Positions 1 to 12,980 are shown, counted from the first letter of the whole stretch. The stretch is 59,370 bases of DNA, filler included, from Dugesia japonica (GCA_001938525.1; 6 parts of 6 records of this genome joined end to end with filler, not necessarily neighbours in it); one strand, 5' to 3'. Notes: generated from the letters alone by a model not told the origin. Made by a program: numbers and translations.

Positions 1-1035
1 TTTCTCTCTTTAAATGAATAGCATATTAAAGAAAAAGTATTATATCAAAAATAATTTGTCAATTTTTACATTTTTATTTTAGTTGTATACAAAGATTTGT
101 AATAAAAATTTTGTTTTCATTTTAATATTAATATTTTGTAAAATTTTATTTTTTTAAAATGATGTAATTTTATACGATAACAAATTTGAGATATTTGTTT
201 CTTGATATCAGTGATTATAGTATCCAGTAATTGCATTATCATGCAGTGTTTCGATGAAGAAATATTGGAATAAATTATTTTGGTTTCTTTTACAATAATT
301 ATTGAACTGATTAAATGACGCTGTAATCGTTTATTCCAAAAAATCTCTTTCTGAATAAAAATATTTAAAATTATTTAATTTTGTTAATTAACCTAATATC
401 CAATTCCATATATGTATTATCTAGGTTGGTACATGACGTTTTTCAATGTTTACCTTTTGAGTTATTTTACCAAATAGTATGACTAACTCAAATAATAAGA
501 CCAGAATCAATATTTTTCGGTTATACCATTTAAATAGAATGACTCATAATATTCGTTAAAATCCGTTATTTATTTTTATATTTGTATAAATAATGTTTTA
601 ATGATGAGGTCTTTTCTTAAAAATGTAGAAAAAAATAAGAATACGAACGATGTATAAATGTGTATTGGGCATATTTATTTTCAAGAGAGATCGTTGTTCA
701 TTTCAAAATATTTTATCACATTTATAAAGTAGCAAACATCAGTTAAAAATGAGGTTCAAATCATTATATCACTAGAAGTCATTGATTTGTTATCATATNN
801 NNNNNNNNNNNNNNNNNNNNNNNNNNNNNNNNNNNNNNNNNNNNNNNNNNNNNNNNNNNNNNNNNNNNNNTTTTTCATAAACATTCATTTTATTGAAAGA
901 ATTACATAGTTTCATATCATTTAACGATTTAACTTAATAATAATAATAATTTGGCATAATAGAATACAATGGGCATTGTTTGAGAATATCTGAGTATACT
1001 TGAATATAAGTTGGTCTAATAAACATATTTGAGTT

Positions 1036-1453
1036 TTACATATTGAAATCAGAACAACACTTTAAATCGTCTCCAGCATTATGTCCAAGAGTAAGGACTA
1101 AAGTAACAGAAATTTCCAGAAATAGTTTTTTATACCAATTTTGGCAAGTGTGTTCTATTACTGCCTCGAAACTGTGCACATATATTTTTCTATGCGTATT
1201 TGCAGCGGATTTGCCTTTTGGGAAATAACAAAGTAAAGTATATAAAAAATATAGTCTCTTAGTGTCCATTTGAAATTGACGCTAAGCAAATGTAAACAAG
1301 CCGAATCAACAAATATATTTAAACAAAATTATCNTTACTAATTTTTTATTAAAGATAAATATATGTGTTTTAAATTTATTACTTCTACAAATCTATTACA
1401 TTTATTAAAGCTCTGTACTGGTAAAAACCGAAAGAACTTCGCGTACGACTAAA
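1036..1453 (-). mobile_element. Degenerate mariner transposon, 5' end (N-terminal HTH of transposase plus TIR remnant)
   Basis: ORF 1036..1269 reads LLCYFPKGKSAANTHRKI...EHTCQNWYKK, matching the mariner HTH pattern (LLFYFRKGKNAAQAHRKI...TCQNWFKKF). A TIR-like sequence (minus strand TTTAGTCGTACGCGAAGTTCTTTCGGTTTTT) lies at ~1423-1453. Confidence 0.75.
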
Positions 1454-2769
1454 TAGTTTTATTCATTTAATAGTTCATTTTGTAATTCGATTTGTTTGTA
1501 AATCGTCCATTTTATTTGTTTTTTTAACATGATATAATATTTTTATTTACGGTTTCTATTTTATTTTTCAGAACTTATTAAAGATATTTGTTGATAAATG
1601 TTTTGTTAGTTTTGTCTCAACAATTTATTTATTCTTAAAAATTAGAAAATCTCTGGAAATTTAGAATTATTTGAAAGATTATTAGATTTTATGATGTTAC
1701 TGTTAATATCATATTACAGAAATAGCAGAGCAATATGGCTGTAACTGCATTATAGAATTTGATTGCGCCAATCTTTGTCTAACAAAGAAGAGAAATTGCT
1801 TTAGATAATTTCACAAGAAATAAAAATTACAATTGTTTATAATTATATATTATTTATTTTGTATCTGTAGAGAAAATATTTTTTTTAGCATATGAATATA
1901 TTTTCTAAATTAACTGAAAACAATAATCTAATTTACCTAATAATTTTATTTGCAAGGACCGTTGTAAATAATTTTTGTTTAATTCGAATGAAATCATTAT
2001 TAAATCTTTATTAAATAATTAAAAATAATTATATAATATCAATAATATTAATAGTATCAACAGTTATTATTTAAATTGAACATTAATATTCAAATTATTT
2101 CAAATAAATAAAGTCTTAATATTTACTTCCAAAGCAAAATGCAACTTTAATCGTCCGCAGAATATTCTTCGAATTTCCGAAACCGAGGTTATGCCCTACG
2201 CGAACCAGAACACTAACTCCCAGGCCGATGCTTATCTAAATGGAAACACTAATGATGTAAATGTGATTATAATTACATTGATAAAAACTAAGATGTCTTA
2301 AATTTCGTTTTATCTTTTTAATTAAGAAAAAATATATTTATGATTATTATAAATATAATTATTAACTATATCTTTTTTTTAAAAGAAAAGCACGAATTGA
2401 GAAATTGTAAAAAATCAAAGTTGATTAGTTTGAAGAAGATTTACACACAAAATTATTTTATTTCGAAAATATTTTCAAAAATTAAAACTATTTTTGAAAA
2501 AAACACAAATGATGGTAATTGATAAACAAAATATGTATTATTGTGTTTATTTTCTGTAAATATATAGAGTGCGCAAGTAGAATTTGCGCCATTTTCTAAA
2601 TGTAATATCTTATAAATGAAATGTATTTATATCATTATTTTTATTGATAAATTTAATGTGATCAATGCTTTATTCAAAAACGAAAATATTACCAAATTTC
2701 AGCAAATTTCAGTGGATATTAAATATCAATATCATATTAAAACGATACAAAAAATACACAAATATTTCA

Positions 2770-2847
2770 AACCCCATTTTGGCACTCCTCTGGTCTGGTG
2801 CCTGGGGACACTTGTTCCCTCTGCCACCCCATCTAGCTACGCCTCTG
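2770..2847. mobile_element. hAT-like DNA transposon terminus (single end)
   Basis: GC-rich island ending ...CCCCATCTAGCTACGCCTCTG. The reverse complement CAGAGGCGTAGCTAG resembles CAGGGGCGTAGC-type hAT TIRs. No partner end was found. Confidence 0.45.
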
Positions 2848-3119
2848 AAACTATTTATTAAATTAATAAATTGTAATTAAAGTTTTTATTCTTATTTAAA
2901 TATATGTATGATATTGAATTGTTGGAAAATAATTTTTGTGATGATTTATTTGTAAATAACGATGTTATGCTTAATCTAATTGTTGATAATAAAAATAACT
3001 TTATAAATAATAATAATTATAGTGATAATGGGAGTTATAACAATAATAAAAATGTATCTATTAATAATAATTTTGATAAAGAAATTTATGAAAACTATAA
3101 TACAGTATATAGTTGACTT

Positions 3120-4380
3120 TTGATAAATTTAAAAATTAATAATATTGTTACATCATGTTTACTGGATAGGGGAGCTAAAATTAGTGTTATTAAATATGAA
3201 TTATTAATAATAATAGAAAATCTTTCAATAACTGATTCTGATATAAAGGTCAAAAGCGCTAATAATGGTTCTTAAAAAATTGTAGGGAGAGTATATGTAA
3301 ACCTTAGGAAAAAATGGAGAACATTTATTTTTATGTTGCAAAAAAAATCTCACCGCCTGTTATTTGTGGAATAAATCTATTGAACTAATGAATGATATAA
3401 TGAAGAATCCATTAAAATTATTAATTATTAAATTAAAAAATTATTAAATTAAAATTATTAAATTATTAGAAATTGAAAATATTAAAGATTAAATGATATT
3501 GATATTGATGATATTGATATTAAAAACATATGAAGCAATATAATGAAACATAAATGGTATATTACAAAAACTAATATTGTAAAACATGAAATAATAACAA
3601 ATTGTAAACCAATTGCAATTAATCCTAAGCGTCAGCTTTATCATTTATTAGATAAGATTGAGAAAAATAATAAAGGAAGTGAAATAAATGGAATTATAAG
3701 TAAATGTGACTCCCCTTGGAATACTCTTTTAGTTTGCGTAAAAACCGAGAAAATGATGAAATACGAAGTTTTCCTATTCCAAACATTGAGAAAATGATTG
3801 ATATTTTATGTTAGGTAAATCTTTTAAAAATCTTTTAAATCTTTTAATCTTTTAAATCTTTTAATTTTGAAACAACCAAAATATTTTAAAAAAATGAGAC
3901 TTTTTTATAGAAATCATTATAGACAATTTATGAAGGATTACTCAAAGTATTCAAATATTTTTAGAAAAATATACTGGACATATGAGTGTGAAATTACTTT
4001 TAAAAATTTGAAATTTAAACTAATAAATTCTCCAATTTTAACATTTTCGAATTTTTCGAAATAATTTATGTTGAACAATAATGCCAGCTTTGTTGGAATG
4101 GGTGCAGATTTAAATTAAATTGATAACAATGGTAAAGAAAGAGTTATTGCTTATGAACCTAAAGCAATGGGTAAACAGGAGCTTGGCTATTGGATTACCA
4201 GAAAGAACTTTTGGCAATTGTTTATTTCACAGAACATTTTAAACATTATTTATATGAACAAAAATTTCGATTAAGAATTGATCATAAAGCAATAACGTTT
4301 ATTTTAAAGACTAAAATACCAATAGAACCACAATTTTAGACTTGTATCAACCATCTTAGCAAAGAAGGTGAAGAACATCT
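3120..4380 (+). pseudogene. Gypsy/Ty3 pol remnant (protease, RT start, RNase H), RT core deleted
   Basis: Fragments read CLLDRGAKISVI (aspartyl protease), TNIVKHEII..KPI..PKR and SPWNTLLVCVK (RT N-terminus), and LINSPILTF...GKERVIAY...ELLAIVYFTEHFKHYLYEQKFRLRIDHKAI (RNase H). Many stops and frameshifts. Confidence 0.88.
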
Positions 4381-4389
4381 GAATTCAGA

Positions 4390-4610
4390 TTTTGAACTTT
4401 TTTGGGGACTTCCATGCCTTATTTGAATTTTTTTCCATTAGTTTGCATAGGAATTTGAAAATCCTTTGGGACTTCTATAGCAATTTTTGAAAACGTTTGG
4501 GTACTTTATGTAATGTTTGAAATATTTTACAGACTTATATTTAGTTTATTAAAATTTGTAATGACTTCTATGTAATTTTGAAAATATATTTACGACATCT
4601 ATGTATTACA
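4390..4610. repeat. Degenerate tandem repeat, unit ~31-33 bp
   Basis: Recurring units of the form tttgggacttctatagcaatttttgaaaa, immediately upstream of the Polinton ATPase. Confidence 0.55.
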
Positions 4611-4706
4611 TTTGATATATCAATGTAAAATAACAAAAGTAATTGACAAAAGTAAATGACAAAAGTAATTGAAACGATGTACTAACTTATGAATAAATAT
4701 AAAATG

Positions 4707-5310
4707 CAGAAATTAAGAAATGATGTTGTTTATCAAAGTGTTGATCCAAGTAATAGTGGAAAAACATTATGTGTATGCAAATTATTGAAATCAAACTTTT
4801 TCAAATCCAAATTTAACAATATATATTGGCATAGAGATGCAGATGAAGAACATGGATTGACTCAATCAAATATTTGCAAAAAATGAAAATTATAAATAGA
4901 TTTGATAAAAACTGGAGCAAGAGATTGAAATCAGATGATATGGTTGTTGTTGATGATCTATATCAGGAAGCTAATAAGGAAAAGAATTTAATAATTTATT
5001 CCCAAAGATATCAAAACATTGTGGTGCGACTGTGATATTCATTAGACAAAATCTATTCCACTAAGGAAAAATTCATATGATACGTAATTTATATGTACAA
5101 TACCTAGTTATACTTCAACAGTTGTTGACTTTTTTAGCAAGGCAGGCATATCTTAATAACAGACAATTTATTTCTGAATCATTCAATGACGCTACAGTAA
5201 TTTCGCATGAATATATTTTACTCAACTTTACACAACAATGCCCAGATTAACTTAGAGTGAGAAATTCTATTTTCAAAACAAATTTATAACTATGTATAAA
5301 CCAAATAGTT
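4707..5310 (+). pseudogene. A32/FtsK-like packaging ATPase (Polinton), disrupted
   Basis: Degenerate Walker A VYQSVDPSNSGKT, Walker B VVVDDLY, and a downstream LFH.GK.H..RNL motif. Broken by frameshifts and stops. Confidence 0.85.
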
Positions 5311-5610
5311 TATTATTTATTATATACATTGGCAAAATTTAAAAAAGTTATAGTTAATTAACATAAAATCAGCCAAGAAGCTGAACAAACCATGAAACCN
5401 GAACAGAAAATCATACAAAGAACGAAAAACAGACAAAGGTTGAAACCTAGAAGATAAAAAATCAGTTCAAAAATATATTTTAAAATACAAATTGGATTGA
5501 ATCAATTTAAAAAGGTAGCAAAGCAATATGGAAAGAACCTTGGAAACTTAAATAGGACATGGGTATCATTATAAATAATCTGTTGGCATGTATGGATTAT
5601 TTGGATAAAA

Positions 5611-5910
5611 ATGAAATCACATTTCGTTTTTTACAGTATTAATGAAATCTTCACGCATGACGAGAATAAAAATTCTGCAATCATTGTCAGACTATGTTGG
5701 TGATGATTTAGTTAAAATTGTCCTAAATATTGTTAATTGTAATATAACCATTAGCAAAGCTGAAAAGGAAACAATGAATAGACACAAAAGGTTTTTATTA
5801 TTGCTGGTACATCAAAGAAATGGAGGATTATGAAGGGACAATATAAATNAACAATAGAAGAAGGTTTTATAGCAGCATCAGATCCAATTGTATAAGTATC
5901 ATTAGGTTTA
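5611..5910 (+). pseudogene. Polinton PW / pX-like small basic core protein, disrupted
   Basis: DDLVKIVLNIVNCNITISKAEKETMNRHKR followed by a GFIAA..PI hydrophobic tail. Homologous to 16251-16572. Confidence 0.65.
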
Positions 5911-6009
5911 ACTAATTTTAGATAAATAATTAGTGGTATACAATCTTTACCAAATTTTAATTTGAAAATTTTATTTAATTTTTGTAATAGTCAAACTACA
6001 GACGATATC

Positions 6010-7862
6010 AAACGGATCCAAAATACCCCACAGGTTTTCGTGGCGTAGAAAAGTTGAACAAAGCAGCACAGAAAACAAATAAAATACGAAAAAGAGGTTA
6101 TCGAATCCACTAGCGTCCAGTCTGAAGAAGCCAATATTGAAAGAATTTTTAATAGGAGCATAAAAGAGTATATGGTAATGATGATTTATGTCAAATGGAT
6201 TTGATGGAGATGATCCCATATTCAAAGATTAATAAAGAATTCGTGTACATTTTAACATGTATCGATGTATTTAGTAGATTGGCAAGAGCTATTCCAGCTA
6301 TTCAAAATCTGCTTATGCTATGAAGCCAGCAATCAAGTCAATGTTCAAAGATGAACATCCAGATAATTTACAAACATATATAGTTAAAGAAGTTTACAAC
6401 ACCAAAGTCAAAAATGTTATAATACATCTAAAAATTAATCATTATTCTGTATTCTTTTAATATAAGGTGGCACATTTAAAGAGATTTAATCATACATTGA
6501 GAGATTCTTTGAAGAAATATTAGGTTAGTAAGAAAATAATTGCAATTTTATATAATAATACTTTAAAAGTAATTATTTAAAAAAACCATTTGTTTTAATA
6601 TATTACTCTCTAAGTCATTTTCAAGCGGATATTCAATTTTACATTATACAAGTAATATTTTATTTTTTAACTATTTAATTGTGAAATATTATTTTTGGAA
6701 GACATGTTGGATAAATATCAAATACCGTTATATTCCAAAATGAATTTAAACTGGGATTTAAAGCACCAGAAATGACTCGGATAGTCAACAACGCATTTGG
6801 CACTGAAACAGCAAATGAAAGAACGGTTCAATTTTGGTTTAAAAAATTCAGCAGTAGAGATGAGAGCTTTGAAGATGGACAAGGTCGGGGACGTCTATTA
6901 GAAGTTAGCCAGGACGATTTGAAGGTAATTATCAAAGCAGGTTCACGCGCAACAACTCGGGAGCATGGGAAGAATTTAGGCGTAAGTCACGTAACAGCTT
7001 AATATTACCTTTATCAACTTGGCAAAGTAAATACGCTCGATAAATGGGTCCCGTTTAAATTGAACGATCTACCATACTCCCCGAACCTGTCGTCAATCAA
7101 CTATCATTTTCTTTATCATCTCTCTAATTTTCTTCACGAGAAAGTCTTACATAATGACAACGATGTTAAAAATGCCTTCCTTGAATTTGTCGAATCCAGC
7201 ACAGCGGATTTATATTCTATTGGTATAAATAAACTTATTTCTCGTTGAGAGAAATGTATTGATTGTAATTGTTTATATTTTGAATAAAATATCTTCATGT
7301 TTTCCGAGATTTTTACTTTTACTTTTATATGTTAAAAACTGCAATTATTTTTTTACAAAGCTAATACTTTGTGCATACTGGTAATAAAATATGGATAAAC
7401 ATTTTACTGAAACTTATTCATAGTTATAATCATTCATCTCATAAAGAATTAAATCGACCAAGACAAGTTGATGTAGGTTCAAACAATCAATTAAAGTTGG
7501 AGTTGACCCGGCAGCAATAAAAAAACAATAAAAAAACCGAAATACAAAGTTTGTGATCATTTCATAATATTAGAGATATCAGCTTCCCCATTCATTAAAA
7601 GTTTCGATACCAATTGGAGTGATTAGGTGTTTCAAATAACAAAAATCAATACAAAACCAAATTCAATCATGTATGTGATTAAAGATTTTGAAGATAATAT
7701 CATACGAGGAAAGTTCTATAAACAAGAATTACAAGTTATCCCACAAACAACAGAATTTCGAATAGAAAACATTATCCAATCAAAAGGATCAAACTGAAAT
7801 AAACCATATTATTTAAAGTTGTATGGATGCAAAAAACTGACTTGGATAGCATCACAAATAGT
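6010..7862 (+). pseudogene. Polinton retroviral-like integrase with C-terminal chromo-like region, interrupted by a mariner
   Basis: YILTCIDVFSRLARAIP; RFNHTLRDSLKKY|FVHTGNKIWINILLKLIHSYNHS across the insertion; IRGKFYKQELQ; FRIENIIQ. Confidence 0.88.
6520..7364 (+). mobile_element. Internally deleted mariner (Hsmar1/cecropia-like) with both TIRs and TA duplication
   Basis: Left TIR TTAGGTTAGTAAGAAAATAATTGCAATTTTT matches the right TIR reverse complement TTAGCTTTGTAAAAAAATAATTGCAGTTTTT. TA occurs at 6518-6519 and 7365-7366. Protein remnants are NNAFGTETANERTVQFWFKKF, then KWVP joined almost directly to PYSPNL (DD34D core deleted). Confidence 0.93.
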
Positions 7863-9364
7863 CAATAATAAGAAATAATTTCTATACATCTTTGCCAAAA
7901 AATAGTATTCATCTTGTTCATCTAGATAATAATGGCAATAATTGCATTGTTAAGCTAAAAAGATAGATAGTTCAGTACGCGAATAGTCCCACCCCTTGAC
8001 GTTGACTGTTTTTGACATTTTGACTGTTTTAGTGTTTTTGACATGAAGGATTTTGATTGGACTTTAGTAATACATAGTAAATGTTTTTAAATTTATGTTG
8101 CATCGGATGAAACTTTGCTCTAGGAGGTAGAATATTGAAAATTTGTTTTTAAATTTTTCTGTCAAATTTTATTTATATGAATTTGAATTTGATATTGATC
8201 GTTTTAGAATTGAAAGATGACAATTCTTTGTATTAGTTATGCTGTAAAAATATTTTTGGCTCTTTAGGACAACCTTAACGTATCGCTTCACAAATAATAT
8301 TATTCGATTCAGAATAAAATTATGAACATATTTGTATAAGATTTGCTGTAAAAATATGATTGGTTCGAAAGATAGAAAATTGTTGGTTGCCGTATCACAC
8401 CTTTAGTTCTCTGGGAAAATGTAGTGCAGCACGGAAATACCTTACTTTGTTTTTAAGTTTCTCGGTCAGAACTTATCGTATGATCATGAAAATGCTAGAA
8501 ATTGATTCAGAATATAATTCTGGACATATTTTGTATAGGGTTTTATGTATTAATATGCTTAGTTTAAAAGATTAAAAACTACTGGGTGCCATGTCCACCT
8601 TGGATATAAAATTATTTTTTTGGAAAAATACTTACAATTGTCAAACAAATTTGGTATTTGTAAACTTAGTATAGAAAACTGAACATATTTTACACAGGGT
8701 TTGTACAAATGCATGGTTCTCAAAATAATATATAATTAATTATAAATTATAATTAAAATAATGATAATTTTTTTAATATTTTTAAACCATTAAGCTTAGC
8801 ATAAAAATCTGAAAATTTTGTTTATATGGCTTGCTGCATAAAAACGCTTCCTTCTAATAATTTTATTTCATATGTTAATTTTAATTCATTCCCATTAAAT
8901 TCATGAATTTTCAAGTAAAAGTCAAATTTTAATGATTTTTATAATATAAATTTTGATTTACTTCTAAAAATAAGCGTTAAAAATTTTTTAAACTATTTCC
9001 AATGAAAAACAAAAATTATAATAAATTTTGCATGGATAAAAATTAAAACTATTAAAATATTGCTATTGGTAACACATGTAAAATTTAAATTTTCAAAGAT
9101 TTTTTAAAATTTACAAAATAAATTTATTGACCACAATAAAAACATACAAATTTACATGACAAGATTTAGTAATTACATATAATTTTTTTTAATAGTACAA
9201 ATTTTTCTAAACATAATTAAGTTAAATTACATTNNNNNNNNNNNNNNNNNNNNNNNNNNNNNNNNNNNNNNNNNNNNNNNNNNNNNNNNNNNNNNNNNNN
9301 NNNNNNNNNNNNNNNNNNNNNNNNNAAAATACTTCATGCAATGTAATGTGTGGTACTAATACGC

Positions 9365-9920
9365 TTATTCTGTTTATTGGTTTACAGAAACACATTGGCT
9401 TACTGTACTAATCAGCTTACTCTATCACATGGGTTTAACTGTGTCACTTTAGTTTAATTGAAACACACGGGTTTTACTGTGTACACTAATTTACTATGCC
9501 ACATTGGTTTTATAGAAACACACTGTATTTACTCTAATATATGGGCTTTATTGTATCACGTGGGCTTTACTGTAATACACTAGTTTACTCTATTCATTGG
9601 TTTACTGTGTCCATTTGCTTTATTAAAACACGTGAGCTTACTGTCGCATTGGTTTTATTGAAACACATAAGCTTCACTATAACACATAGGCTTTACTGTA
9701 GCACGCCGGCTTTACTGTGTCATACTGGTTTACTGAAATACAAGGGTTTACTATGTCATATAAGCTTTATTGAAATACATTAGTTTTACTGTTTACACTT
9801 ATTTACTCTAACAAATGGGCTTTACTGTATCGCATTGGTTTACTACAACTAAAGGGCTTTATTTAAACACACAGGCTTACTTTATCCAGTGATTTACTGA
9901 AAATCATGGGTTTTATTGTA
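9365..9920. repeat. Degenerate minisatellite, ~30 units of 16-19 bp
   Basis: Units with consensus ~GG(C/T)TTTACTG(A/T)ANCACAT, for example tggtttacagaaacacat, gggctttactgtaatacac and aggctttactgtagcacgc. Confidence 0.85.
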
Positions 9921-10149
9921 GTAGGTAGATAGTTCAACACGGTACCATATCCCCACTCCGGAGGTAAAAAACATTTGGTATGGAAATTTTAAGTGTAGTT
10001 AGTGGGACGATAAAAATAGATAAGAGGTGTGTATTTGATTACGTATTAGTTGTATGGGAATTTTACGTGTATTTAGCTGGAACAATTTGATTATGTAACT
10101 TTTGCTCGTTTTTTTTGTTTAATTTATTTTTTGTAAATTATTTACGATT

Positions 10150-10770
10150 TCTTTTGTTGATGAGTCATTTGTGTAAAATTAATTTTCTTGTTTTAATTGG
10201 CAGATATTTATGATTTCTTGTTTAAATCAGGGTAAATTTATTTATTTAATTTTTGTTTGAAATAAGTGAAATTAATTAATTTCGTTTAAGTTACATGAAA
10301 TTAATGATTTTTCGTTTAAATTCAGCAAAAGGAAAATTAATTATTTTTGTTTAAATTAAGTGAAATTAACTATTGTTTAAGTTAAATTTCCCCATGAGGA
10401 ATATTAAGGTTTGTTGCGCCTTAAATATTAATACCAATATAAGTCGCGCCGGGAAGTATTAATACCAATACTAGTCGTGCCGGGCAATATTAATATCAAT
10501 AGTAGAATTTCATAGGAATGTCGGAATATTATAAAGAATTTCAGAGAAGTGTTGAAAAATTCTTAAAACAAATGTAAAACAATCGGAAAATTATGCAAAT
10601 ATTTTCGAGATGTGTTCAAAGTTTACACAGAATCTCAGAGGATGGTGGAAAATTATTCAAAATTTCCAAGTAGTCGTGGAAACCTATCCAAAATTTCACA
10701 AACGTAATGAAAATCTATCCAAAATTTTCAAGTAGTGTTTGAAAATTAATAAAGATTTCTCAGAAGTCAT
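10150..10770. repeat. Composite repeat region: ~30-bp TTGTTTAAATTAAGTGAAATT units, AGTCG(C/T)GCCGGG..TATTAATA units, then ~31-bp AAAATTTC..GTAGT units
   Basis: Three successive degenerate tandem arrays. The first two recur inverted at 26410-26830. Confidence 0.65.
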
Positions 10771-12023
10771 TAATTGTTCTACGTTGATAAAATATTTCAT
10801 ACTCTATTTATCTATATCTAAGAATTTTTATTGTAATCATACAATTGTATTTTTTTAGATTAATAAAAGTTGTTTATACATATTTGTTTTATCGATACAG
10901 GTCATCAATTCTTGACAATAGAGTACATAAAACCTGAATGTTATTTAGTCATATTTCAAAATATATGCATATTATTGATTTAAAATAATTTAAATTAAAA
11001 TTATTAATTAATTATATTAACATTTTAAATATATTCATTTTTAATTAAATTCATTGTTTGCAATAAATGTAATCTATTCAAATTTCCAAAATGTTTTATT
11101 CATTTATATAAGTCAAATCTTTATTAATTTCTTAAACTTATAAAGAAAAATCTGACAACAGTTGTATGCATTCTCTCTAGACCAATACAAATCATTAAAC
11201 ATAATACATTCATTAACCTAATATAGTCAATAAACCTAGTACATTTANNNNNNNNNNNNNNNNNNNNNNNNNNNNNNNNNNNNNNNNNNNNNNNNNNNNN
11301 NNNNNNNNNNNNNNNNNNNNNNNNNNNNNNNNNNNNNNNNNNNNNNNNNNNNNNNNNNNNNNNNNNNNNNNNNNNNNNNNNNNNNNNNNNNNNNNNNNNN
11401 NNNNNNNNNNNNNNNNTTTATTAGTTACTCCCAATACATTCAACGTATATAATTTTCAATAAATGTTTAGATCAAACACTTAAAAGTAAATTACATAACA
11501 AGATTTTTTATCTAAGATTTATTAAAGCATATACATTGGCTTGCCTTTTATCTGGTACAGGTATATTCCTAATACCCATAATACTAAATCTTATCTTAAG
11601 TCTGGTATTCTCTTAAGATTTATATAAATAATAACAATAGATTAATTAATATAATATAAATAAACTATACCTTTTCTAATTACATGTTGTACTTCCACCA
11701 TTCTTCTTTTTCAATTTATTCTTATAATTGTGATATAGTAAACAAATAGTTAGAGTAAGCCAGTAGGTATAATAAAGTTGTGGACATTGAAAACCAATAA
11801 ACATTTATTAACACCACACATAAATAGACTTTTGTTAAAGTATATGCTCAAATCATTTAATTCAAGTAAGCTATTTAATTTGTTACAATAATTTAATTTA
11901 ATTTTAGTCAATTATGTTTAGACAAATATGTACTATTTTGAAAAATTATGTTTAATTAATAAGTCTTGTAATTTAAATTTGTATGTTTTTATTGTTGTCA
12001 ACAGATTTATTTTGTAAATTTTT

Positions 12024-12123
12024 NNNNNNNNNNNNNNNNNNNNNNNNNNNNNNNNNNNNNNNNNNNNTTAATTAATTAANNNNNNNNNNNNNNNNNNNNN
12101 NNNNNNNNNNNNNNNNNNNNNNN
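12024..12123. other. Artificial contig linker (44N-TTAATTAATTAA-44N)
   Basis: Exactly 100 bp with a six-frame stop cassette; identical structure occurs five times. Confidence 0.97.
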
Positions 12124-12196
12124 GAAAACTAAAAAAGTTTCTCGGCGAGAAATTTTCACTCTTGAAATCACGCTTTCTACTCGGGGCCATTTCAAT

Positions 12197-12964
12197 TTAA
12201 CTCGGGGCCATTTCGAAAAGATTTTCAATCAATACATCTGCTTCTCTATCTAAATAATAGTAATTATACTTTGTTTTCCAGTGTAAATTAACTTCATAAT
12301 CATATTCCATCTTACTAGAAAATATATTACTAAATAAATCATAATAAACCTTATCTTTATCAGTTTTATTTAATTTAAAAAATATAAAACAATTACAATT
12401 ATTTCTAATAGAGTTTTTGTCCAAATGAAAATAAGTTTGTAAAATATAAATAACATTACAATTTACATGTCTTCCTCTAGTAAAATAACTTTTCCGGATT
12501 TCTTGATCTTTTATATTTACCACATTATCAAAAATTATTAAATTATTTTTTTGTTTAGATAATTTATCACAAGGAATAATTTTATTTGGTTTATTACTTA
12601 AAACTACATTAACTAATCTTGGTTTATATGATAAATACTTTTTTTNNNNNNNNNNNNNNNNNNNNNNNNNNNNNNNNNNNNNNNNNNNNNNNNNNNNNNT
12701 TTGATGTTCAAAAATAAAAATAATATCTTGTTTTGTTAATCCATTTTCAAAACCATGATAAAGTAATTGCAGTTCAAATTGATTTATTGTTGTGGAATAA
12801 ATTATCAAAGGATCATAATCTAAAAACTCCGGAGTTAATAACATTTTCATTAACAAAACATTTTTACCTGAGCCAGAAGAACTAATTATCAATAATCTAA
12901 AATTAGATGGAAAGATTTTATTATTAAATATGTTTTTATTTTTATTCCAGATTAACTTAGACAT
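12197..12964 (-). CDS. A32-like DNA packaging ATPase, Polinton family B (possibly decayed)
   Basis: FRLLIISSSGSGKN (degenerate Walker A), LIIFDNV (Walker B), YFTRGRHVNCNVIYILQTYF and SIRNNCNCFIFFK, all typical of A32 ATPases. Confidence 0.9.
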   Translation of the reverse strand: MSKLIWNKNKNIFNNKIFPSNFRLLIISSSGSGKNVLLMKMLLTPEFLDYDPLIIYSTTINQFELQLLYHGFENGLTKQDIIFIFEHQXXXXXXXXXXXXXXXXXXXKKYLSYKPRLVNVVLSNKPNKIIPCDKLSKQKNNLIIFDNVVNIKDQEIRKSYFTRGRHVNCNVIYILQTYFHLDKNSIRNNCNCFIFFKLNKTDKDKVYYDLFSNIFSSKMEYDYEVNLHWKTKYNYYYLDREADVLIENLFEMAPS

Positions 12965-12980
12965 TTTTATTTAATNAAAT

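Larger units (their letters stand above)
4689..7970 (+). mobile_element. Polinton/Maverick (adintovirus-like) fragment, family A copy 1
   Basis: Gene order is ATPase, small ORF, pX/PW-like ORF, retroviral-type integrase, then the start of a minor capsid gene (FYTSLPKNS). It is collinear with the copy at 15480-17883. Confidence 0.88.

Noticed and set aside
9365-9920. CRISPR-like array
   Set aside because: No identical repeats with unique spacers, units are only 16-19 bp, there are no cas genes and the context is eukaryotic. ORF 9541..9783 is a by-product of the repeat.
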